A stretch of DNA of 64,000 nt from an uncultured Solirubrobacterales bacterium (GTDB lineage: Bacteria > Actinomycetota > Thermoleophilia > Solirubrobacterales > 70-9), in NCBI GenBank assembly GCA_963804595.1, contig CAWDQZ010000009.1, forward strand, positions 312,248 to 376,247, written 5' to 3'. Below, piece after piece: positions 55,989 through 64,000 of this stretch. The translations under genes were made by a program, and so were the position numbers. The notes below the pieces were generated by a model. It was given only the letters and a program-made list of their open reading frames with translations, was not told where the DNA came from and made no database searches. The number at the start of each line of letters is the position of its first letter. Position 1 is the stretch's first letter.

Positions 55989-56151
55989 GATGAGGGGGGC
56001 CACGACGACGCACGCCTGGATGACGGCTGCGGCCATCGCATCTCGGCGTCCTCGGGCTCGCGCTTGCAGCCAGCAAGCGCTTCGCCCTGCGTCCACCGAT
56101 CTGCTTGACCGTAACCGCCCCCAGGCGCACGTCGCCATGTCCCCCCTCATC
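55989..56151. repeat. 31-nt imperfect inverted repeat (26/31) bracketing the whole rpsR-rplI spacer
   Basis: 55989-56019 (GATGAGGGGGGCCACGACGACGCACGCCTGG) pairs with 56121-56151 (CCAGGCGCACGTCGCCATGTCCCCCCTCATC). The outer 11 bp are perfect. An internal 8-bp hairpin GCGCTTGC-AGCCA-GCAAGCGC lies near the middle of the spacer. Confidence 0.65.
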
Positions 56152-56153
56152 TA

Positions 56154-56609
56154 ATGGCCCAGGCGGTGCTGCTCAAGGACGTGGAGGGGCTCGGCGAAGC
56201 CGGCACCGCCGTCGATGTCTCCCCTGGGTACCTGCGCAACTACCTCGTGCCGCGCAAGCTGGCGCAGCCCGCAACCAAGGGTGCGCTCGAGGAGGCCCAG
56301 CGCAAGCGCGACCGGGCCGAGGAGGCTGAGCGACAGGCCGCCGAGCGCGCGGGCGAGACCTCGGCGCTCCTCTCCAAGACCGTGCTCACGATCAATCACC
56401 GCGCCGGCGAGGACGGCAAGCTCTTCGGCTCGGTCACCTCGAGCGAGATCGCGGACGCGATCCAGGCCGCGCGAGGCATCAGGGTCGATCGCAAGAAGAT
56501 TCGCCTGGAGGACCCCATCCGCGAGACCGGCACCTACATGGTCGACGTCGAGGTCGGCGGCGGCGTCACCGCGTCGGTCAAGACGATCGTCGCTGAGGCG
56601 AAGGAGTAG
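56154..56609 (+). CDS. rplI: 50S ribosomal protein L9
   Basis: MAQAVLLKDVEGLGEAGTAVDVSPGYLRNYLVPRKLA. Confidence 0.9.
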   Translation: MAQAVLLKDVEGLGEAGTAVDVSPGYLRNYLVPRKLAQPATKGALEEAQRKRDRAEEAERQAAERAGETSALLSKTVLTINHRAGEDGKLFGSVTSSEIADAIQAARGIRVDRKKIRLEDPIRETGTYMVDVEVGGGVTASVKTIVAEAKE

Positions 56610-56768
56610 CGGGCGCAAACACCGCCCTTCCGCGGCCGGCGCAGATCGTGCCCAGGACGTGAGTGCCGCAAATAGCCACAACTCGCCTGCGGCGAAGGGC
56701 GGCCTGTGATTTTCTAGCCACGCTCGCGCGGATCTGGTTCCACTTCGGGGCAGAAGCGAATCCGCCGG

Positions 56769-58292
56769 GTGCTTATCCAGACTTGGAGAGGAGGCTCGGC
56801 CAATCGGTCGGGCGATCCTCTGCGACCAACCGGAGCCTTGGCAACCAACGGAAAGACCAACATCGTTCCGCCCCAGAACCTGGAGGCCGAGGAATCCGTT
56901 CTCGGGGCGATGATGGTCTCCGAGGCGACGATCGAGCCCGTCCTCCTCGACGTCCACCTGCGGGTCGACGACTTCTACAGGGACCGCCACCGCACGATCT
57001 ACGAGGCGATCATCGGCCTCCACGAGAACGCGGACCCGGTCGACGTCCTGACCGTCTCCGAGGCGCTCGCGCAGCGGGGCCAACTCGAGGAGATCGGCGG
57101 CCGCGATGTCGTCGCCAGCATGGCAGCCAGGGTTCCGGCCCCCGGCAGCGCGAAGCACTACGCGCAGATCGTCAAGCAGAACTCGCTGCTGCGCCGCCTC
57201 GACCTGACGGCCAAGCAGATCCAACAGTCGATCGTCCAGCGAGACGGTGAGCCTCGGGCCCTGGTCGAGAACGCCGAGCGCCTGCTCTTCCAGGTCGCCA
57301 ACCAGGAGCAGGCCGACGACTTCCGCGAGATCGGCGACATCCTCCATGACGAGATCGACAAGCTGGAGGCGCTCGCCAACGGCAGCTCCGAGATCACCGG
57401 CACACCGTCCGGGTTCCGCGACCTCGACGACAAGACCGGCGGCTTCCAGCCCGGCAACCTGGTGGTGATCGCGGCGAGGCCGGCGATGGGAAAATCGACG
57501 CTCGTCTGCGACTTCGCCCAGAACGTCGCGATGAAGCACAAGAAGCCCGTCGCCCTCTTCTCTCTTGAGATGTCGGAGATGGAGCTCGCCCACCGGTTCA
57601 TCGGCTCCCAATCGCGGATCTCCAGCGACCGGCTCCGCAAGGGCAAGGTCGCCAGCAAGGACTGGCCGAAGGTGGTCAAGGCCTGCAACCAGCTCGAGTC
57701 GGCGCCGCTCTGGATCGACGACTCCTCCGACCTGGGGCTGCTCGAGCTGCGCGCCAAGGCGCGACGGCTGCACGCCCAGGAGCGGGGCCGCGGCCACGAG
57801 GGCCTCGGGCTGATCATCGTGGACTACCTACAGCTGATGCGAAGCGACGACCCGCGGGCCAACCGCGTCGAGCAGGTCGCCCAGTTCAGCCGCGGCCTCA
57901 AGATCCTCGCCCGCGAGCTCAACGTGCCGGTCATCGGCATCTCCCAGCTCTCACGCGCCCCCGAGCAGCGGCCCGACAAGCGGCCCATCCTCTCCGACCT
58001 CCGCGAGTCGGGAGCAATCGAGCAGGACGCGGACCTCGTCGGCTTCCTCTACCGCGACGAGTACTACAACCAGGAGGACTCCGAGGATCCCGGTGGGGCG
58101 GAGCTGATCCTCGCCAAGCACCGCAACGGGCCGGTCGGGACGGTCCGCCTGGTCTTCCTGGAGCACTACCCCAAGTTCGCGGACCGGGCGCGCGACGAGA
58201 AGCCGATCGAGCAGCGGGCGGGCGAAGGCCCGCCGATGCCCGACGCCGCCCCCGACGCGGACGACGACTTCGCCGACGCCGGGGAGCTCTAG
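56769..58292 (+). CDS. dnaB: Replicative DNA helicase DnaB (no intein)
   Basis: The N-terminal motif is PPQNLEAEESVLGAMM. Walker A is ARPAMGKST and Walker B is LIIVDYLQLM. QLSRAPE is also present. The start is uncertain between GTG 56769 and TTG 56838. Confidence 0.9.
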   Translation: MLIQTWRGGSANRSGDPLRPTGALATNGKTNIVPPQNLEAEESVLGAMMVSEATIEPVLLDVHLRVDDFYRDRHRTIYEAIIGLHENADPVDVLTVSEALAQRGQLEEIGGRDVVASMAARVPAPGSAKHYAQIVKQNSLLRRLDLTAKQIQQSIVQRDGEPRALVENAERLLFQVANQEQADDFREIGDILHDEIDKLEALANGSSEITGTPSGFRDLDDKTGGFQPGNLVVIAARPAMGKSTLVCDFAQNVAMKHKKPVALFSLEMSEMELAHRFIGSQSRISSDRLRKGKVASKDWPKVVKACNQLESAPLWIDDSSDLGLLELRAKARRLHAQERGRGHEGLGLIIVDYLQLMRSDDPRANRVEQVAQFSRGLKILARELNVPVIGISQLSRAPEQRPDKRPILSDLRESGAIEQDADLVGFLYRDEYYNQEDSEDPGGAELILAKHRNGPVGTVRLVFLEHYPKFADRARDEKPIEQRAGEGPPMPDAAPDADDDFADAGEL

Positions 58293-59063
58293 GTGGCGAT
58301 CGATCGGCGATCCGGCGAGCGTCAGCCCTGCCGTCTCGGCATCTGCGACGGCTCGGGCTGGATCCTCGGCCCGGAGGACGTCGCCCGGCCCTGCGATTGC
58401 CGCTCGCGCATGGTCGCCCAGGCCCGCCTGCGCGGCATCGACTCGGTGATCCCGCCGAAGTACCGCGGTGTCTCCTTCGACCGGCCGCCCGTCACCCAGA
58501 TGGACGCCTTCGTGGTGAAGCGGGTCCGCGACTTCTCCGAGCACCTCGACGAGAACCTGGACGGCGGCCGCGGGATGTGGTTCTTCGGCAGCTCTGGCAC
58601 GGGCAAGACCACCCTGGCGATGCTGATCTCACGGACCGCCCTCGAGTCCGGCCGCTCGGTGGCGATCTACTCGCTGCCGAAGCTCCTCAGCCGGATCCGC
58701 CAGACCTACGACGCCGAGACCGGGGAGCAGTCCTACTCGCAGTTCTTCGAGCGGCTGGCAAGCGTCGACCTGCTCCATCTCGACGACCTGGGCGTCGAGA
58801 GGCAGACCGAGTGGGTGCTCGAGCAGCTCTACGCGCTGATCAACGAGCGCTACGAGCGGCAGCGCTCGCTGATCGTGACCAGTAACCTCGAGGACGACGA
58901 GCTCGAGCGCCAGCTCGGGACACGGGTCGTCTCCCGCCTGGTCGAGATCTGCGGCGACCCGGTGCTGCTCTTTGACGAGGACCGTCGCATGAGCGTCCCG
59001 CCCGGCGTGGCGACGTCGCTGGGCGACGGCGGCGGCTCAGCCCTCGGCCCGCTCGACCACTAG
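58293..59063 (+). CDS. DnaC/DnaI/IstB-like AAA+ ATPase with an N-terminal Cys4 cluster (putative helicase loader)
   Basis: GTG starts immediately after the dnaB TAG. The Cys cluster is C-x4-C-x17-C-x-C (CRLGICDGSGW..PCDC). Walker A is GSSGTGKTT, Walker B is LLHLDDLG, and sensor I is IVTSNL. RVVSRL is also present. Confidence 0.75.
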   Translation: MAIDRRSGERQPCRLGICDGSGWILGPEDVARPCDCRSRMVAQARLRGIDSVIPPKYRGVSFDRPPVTQMDAFVVKRVRDFSEHLDENLDGGRGMWFFGSSGTGKTTLAMLISRTALESGRSVAIYSLPKLLSRIRQTYDAETGEQSYSQFFERLASVDLLHLDDLGVERQTEWVLEQLYALINERYERQRSLIVTSNLEDDELERQLGTRVVSRLVEICGDPVLLFDEDRRMSVPPGVATSLGDGGGSALGPLDH

Positions 59064-59085
59064 ATCTGGGCGAATCCGGTCCTGA

Positions 59086-61142
<2,057 letters not shown>

Positions 61143-61416
61143 GAGCCGAGGATGCTAGCCGCGGCCTTGGTTTGTTGAGCCCGCAATCTGGGCAGGAATC
61201 CGGCTGCAGTGGGCTGAAATGGGGAAGTAATGGGGACCATCTGATCCGCCCGGGTTCATAGGATTCCGGCCATGCGGAGGTTTCTCACACCGGTCAGGGG
61301 GGGCTTCACCGCGGCCCGGCACATGTTCTGGTACCTGAGCTATCACTCCGCACCGCGCCAGCGCCCGTAGTCCCATACGCCGCCGCGGCCCTCGTGGTCT
61401 ATAGGGTCCCGCCCGG

Positions 61417-61671
61417 ATGGGGATCATCGCCTGGATCTTCCTGGGACTCTTCGCCGGCCTGATCGCACGCGCCGTGGTCCCCGGTCGAACCGAGCCCGGC
61501 GGCTGCTTCGGCACCACCGCCGTCGGCATCCTCGGTGCCCTGATCGGCGGATTCATCGCGAGCGCGCTCGACATCGGCCACATCGAAGACTTCTTCGATG
61601 TCGGCACCTGGCTGATCGCAATCGGCGGCTCGGTACTCCTGCTGCTGATCATCCGCGCGTTCGCACGCTGA
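61417..61671 (+). CDS. GlsB/YeaQ/YmgE family stress-response membrane protein
   Basis: MGIIAWIFLGLFAGLIARAVVPG..GILGALIGGF is typical of the transglycosylase-associated family. Confidence 0.8.
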   Translation: MGIIAWIFLGLFAGLIARAVVPGRTEPGGCFGTTAVGILGALIGGFIASALDIGHIEDFFDVGTWLIAIGGSVLLLLIIRAFAR

Positions 61672-61680
61672 TCGGGCTCA

Positions 61681-62082
61681 TCAGTCGATCTCGACGACCA
61701 TCACCGTGTTCCCCTCAGGGTCACGGAGCCAGAAGAGCGGCGGAACGGGCTCGCCCATCTCGCTGATCTCGTCGTCCACGTCCACCTGGCGCTCCTTGAG
61801 CTGCGCGTGGTACGCCTTGATGTCAGCGGTCCGCAGGCTGATGCCGGTCTCCCTTCCTCCGGCCTCGTCGTCAGGGCCGGGCGGACAGAGGGCGATCGGG
61901 GTCTCCGCGCCGCTCGGGGCCACCTCGACCCAGCGACCCTCGACGCCCTCGCCGAAGGGGACATCCGCTCGCTTCTCGAGGCCGAGCGCCTCGGTGTAGA
62001 ACTCGACCATTCGGTCCTGGTCGGCGACCGGGACGATCACGGCCGCCAGGTTGGTGATCGCTGGGGTGGTTGTGGTGCTCAT
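61681..62082 (-). CDS. VOC (glyoxalase/bleomycin-resistance) family protein
   Basis: VPVADQDRMVEFYTEALGLE.. and ..FWLRDPEGNTVMVVE are present. Confidence 0.8.
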   Translation of the reverse strand: MSTTTTPAITNLAAVIVPVADQDRMVEFYTEALGLEKRADVPFGEGVEGRWVEVAPSGAETPIALCPPGPDDEAGGRETGISLRTADIKAYHAQLKERQVDVDDEISEMGEPVPPLFWLRDPEGNTVMVVEID

Positions 62083-62165
62083 CGGTCCTCCTGGGGTTGG
62101 AAAGTTCGTTCACCCCTGAGACCCCAGCCGGCGTCCGGGCTCATCGGTGCCTGTGCAGATTTCTT

Positions 62166-62427
62166 CTAGGAGCTCGCGTAGTCCTCGCTGCCGAGGATGT
62201 GAAGCGAGACGTACTCCTCGTCGCCTACGACCCAGGACCAACCCGACGTGCTCGACCTGGCACGACGCCTCTCCCGTCGCCGGGCCGAGGTGCTCGGACC
62301 ACCTCCAGCCCGGCTCATAGGTCGCGCGGCCGATCGTGGTCGGCCCCACCCTGTAGAGCTCGAACCTCCCTTTTTCGAAGGTGCGAACCTCGCTCGGGTT
62401 GTCCAAGTTGAGCAGCTCGAGATCCAC
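62166..62427 (-). pseudogene. Cupin-domain gene remnant with an internal ~100-nt deletion and frame change
   Basis: From GTG 62427 the frame reads VDLELLNLDNPSEVRTFEKGRFELYRVGPTTIGRATYEPGWRWSEHLGPATGEASCQVEHVGLV. The family C-terminus WVVGDEEYVSLHILGSEDYASS* continues in another frame from ~62234. The ~35 aa normally between these segments are absent. Confidence 0.55.
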
Positions 62428-62438
62428 GCGCCCTCCGA

Positions 62439-63639
62439 CTAGCGGCTGAAGCGCGCCGCCTCCTCGGAACCCTCGGTGGCGGAGCCCTCGCTGTAGGAGT
62501 GGGCTCCTGCACCGGCGAGGTGGCCACCCTCCACGATCAGGTACTCCTCGCGGATCGGCTTGCCCTCGAAGTGGCACTCGAGGATCTCCCTCGTCCCCGC
62601 GGCGTAACGCGCCTGGGCCGACAGGCTCGAGCCCGAGGTGTGCGGGGTCATCCCGTGCCAGGGCATCGTCCGCCAGGGATGGTCCTGGGGCGCCGGCTGG
62701 GGGAACCAGACGTCGCCCGCGTAGCCGGCGAGCTGCCCGGATTCCAGGGCGCTGACGATCGCGTCGCGGTCGCAGATCTTGCCGCGCGCGGTGTTGATCA
62801 GGTAGGCGCCGCGCTTCATCCGGGAGAGCATCCGCTCGTCGAAGAGGTTCTCGGTCTCGGGGTGGAGCGGAGCGTTGATGGTGACCACGTCGCACTCGCC
62901 CACCATCTCCTCCGTGGTCTCGTGGAACTTGGCGCCGAGCTCGTCCTCGACCTCGGACGGGAGGCGGTGGCGGTCGGTGTAATGGAGACCCACCTCGAAC
63001 GGCTTCATCCGGCGGAGAACCGCCGTGCCGATGCGGCCCGCGGCGACGGTCCCGACCTGCATCCCCTCGACGTCGTACTCCCGCGAGACGCAGTCGGCGA
63101 TGTTCCAGCCACCATCGACGACCGTCTTGTACGACGGGATGTAGTTACGAACCAGCCCCAGGATCATCATCACGACGTGCTCGGAGACGCTGATCGAGTT
63201 GCAGTAGGTCACCTCGGCGACCGTGATGCCGTTGTCGATCGCTGCCTGGAGGTCGACGTGGTCCGAGCCGATTCCGGCGGTGATCGCGAGCTTCAGATTC
63301 GGCGCCCTGGCGATCCTCTCGGCGGTCAGATAGGCGGGCCAGAAGGGCTGTGAGATGACCACCTCGGCATCGCCGAGGTTCTGGTCGAACTCGGAGTCCT
63401 CACCGTCCTTGTCGGCGGTGACCACGAGCTCGTGGCCGGCGTCCTCGAGGAACTTGCGCAGCCCGAGCTCTCCGGAGACGCAGCCCAGCAGCTCTCCGGG
63501 CGAGAAGTCGATCGCGCTCGGGGTTGGGTGTGGTCTGCCCGTCTGGGTATTTCTCGATCTTGGGGATGTCATCCCGCGCATAGGCGGGCGGATAGCCGTC
63601 CACCGGGTCGTCGTAGAGAACGCAAACGATCTTCGCCAT
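62439..63639 (-). pseudogene. fdh: NAD-dependent formate dehydrogenase, interrupted by a 1-nt frameshift near 63526-63528
   Basis: ATG 63639 is preceded by GGAGG and encodes MAKIVCVLYDDPVDGYPPAYARDDIPKIEKYPDGQT. The remainder, PTPSAIDFSPGELLG..GIGSDHVDL..GTVAAGRIG..PQPAP..GAHSY, lies in ORF 62439-63581 in a different frame. The whole aligns end to end with Pseudomonas sp. 101-type FDH. Confidence 0.8.
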
Positions 63640-63644
63640 CTTGA

Positions 63645-64000
63645 TCAGCCTCCTGCTGGGTTGCCGTCTGGATCGGAGTCGGAGGAGCGCCCGGGCACCC
63701 AGTCGGTCCCGGCGAGCGGGATCTTGGCCATCGCCGCCGCTTCGACCGTCAGGGCGACCATGTCTTCGGGCTCCAGGTTGTGGACGTGGGACTTGCCGCA
63801 CGCCCGCGCGATCGTCTGGGCTTCCAGGACCATCGCGCTCAGGTAGTTCGCTATCCGGCGGCCGCCGAGCTCCGGGTCGAAGCGGCTGGCGAGCTCGTCG
63901 TCCTGGGTCGAGATCCCGACCGGGTCCCGTCCCTCGTGCCAGTCGTCGTAGAAGCCGGCTGCGGTGCCGATCCGCTCGTATTCCTGCTCGAAGCGGTGGG
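63645..64000 (-). CDS. C-terminal part of an FMN-binding glutamate-synthase-related protein; the 5' end lies outside the window
   Basis: The frame is open to the window edge and reads ..IANYLSAMVLEAQTIARACGKSHVHNLEPEDMVALTVEAAAMAKIPLAG. This is reminiscent of the C-termini of GltB-domain-2 family proteins. The stop overlaps the FDH Shine-Dalgarno sequence. Confidence 0.45.
   Translation of the reverse strand, partial: HRFEQEYERIGTAAGFYDDWHEGRDPVGISTQDDELASRFDPELGGRRIANYLSAMVLEAQTIARACGKSHVHNLEPEDMVALTVEAAAMAKIPLAGTDWVPGRSSDSDPDGNPAGG

Noticed and set aside
56610-56640. A hairpin GGGCG-CAAACAC-CGCCC after rplI, considered as an intrinsic terminator.
   Set aside because: The stem is short and is followed by TTCC rather than a U-tract, so it is too weak to call.
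56773-56781. A DnaA-box-like TTATCCAGA (8/9 to TTATCCACA) near the dnaB start.
   Set aside because: It is a single near-match with no cluster of boxes or AT-rich unwinding element. oriC in this type of genome is expected at dnaA-dnaN, and the site may lie inside the dnaB coding region.

Overview
This is a very GC-rich chromosomal core segment; third codon positions are almost always G/C. GTG/TTG starts are frequent, and neighbouring genes are often chained by 1-nt or 4-nt start/stop overlaps. The rpsF-ssb-rpsR-rplI-dnaB-purA synteny and an mprA/mprB/pepD-like module point to Actinomycetota. The TreT plus OtsA trehalose genes suggest a deep-branching Thermoleophilia/Rubrobacteria-like lineage, but that is inference only. 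I can support about 65 protein-coding genes, one tRNA-Arg(CCT) and one c-di-AMP (ydaO-type) riboswitch. I saw no rRNA, CRISPR array, transposase, integrase, prophage or recognisable defence island.

Main blocks, in order:
- rarA and an aldehyde dehydrogenase.
- A riboswitch followed by a secreted repeat protein.
- ccmABCD-hemA-hemC-cobA/hemD.
- A P-domain protein, a DUF62 SAM hydrolase, birA, and a large SF2 helicase.
- tlpA (frameshifted), nfeD, an SPFH protein, a GNAT, and galT.
- tRNA-Arg and uspA.
- A six-gene translationally coupled hut operon.
- A GT2/methyltransferase/GT-C glycosylation cluster.
- pyrE, then an Ldt-ABC-CPBP-RDD-HAD operon.
- mscS, a class A PBP, and thiL.
- The two-component system with HtrA.
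- Trehalose genes.
- Ribosomal proteins, dnaB, a DnaC-like ATPase, and purA.
- Small stress genes, and frameshifted formate dehydrogenase.

Most interesting observations:
1. An intact peptide-deformylase paralogue sits inside a HutF-type hut operon that lacks hutG. It is a candidate N-formylglutamate deformylase.
2. A Zn-ribbon DnaC/DnaI-like AAA+ gene abuts dnaB in an actinobacterial context.
3. A c-di-AMP riboswitch lies ahead of an uncharacterised secreted triple-repeat Cys protein.
4. A structured intergenic repeat is present twice in opposite orientation, and a 31-nt inverted repeat brackets the rpsR-rplI spacer.
5. Several frame disruptions (tlpA, FDH, cupin, a lost methyltransferase start) indicate either homopolymer assembly errors or gene decay.

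All functional calls come from motif and family recognition by eye. No database search was run.
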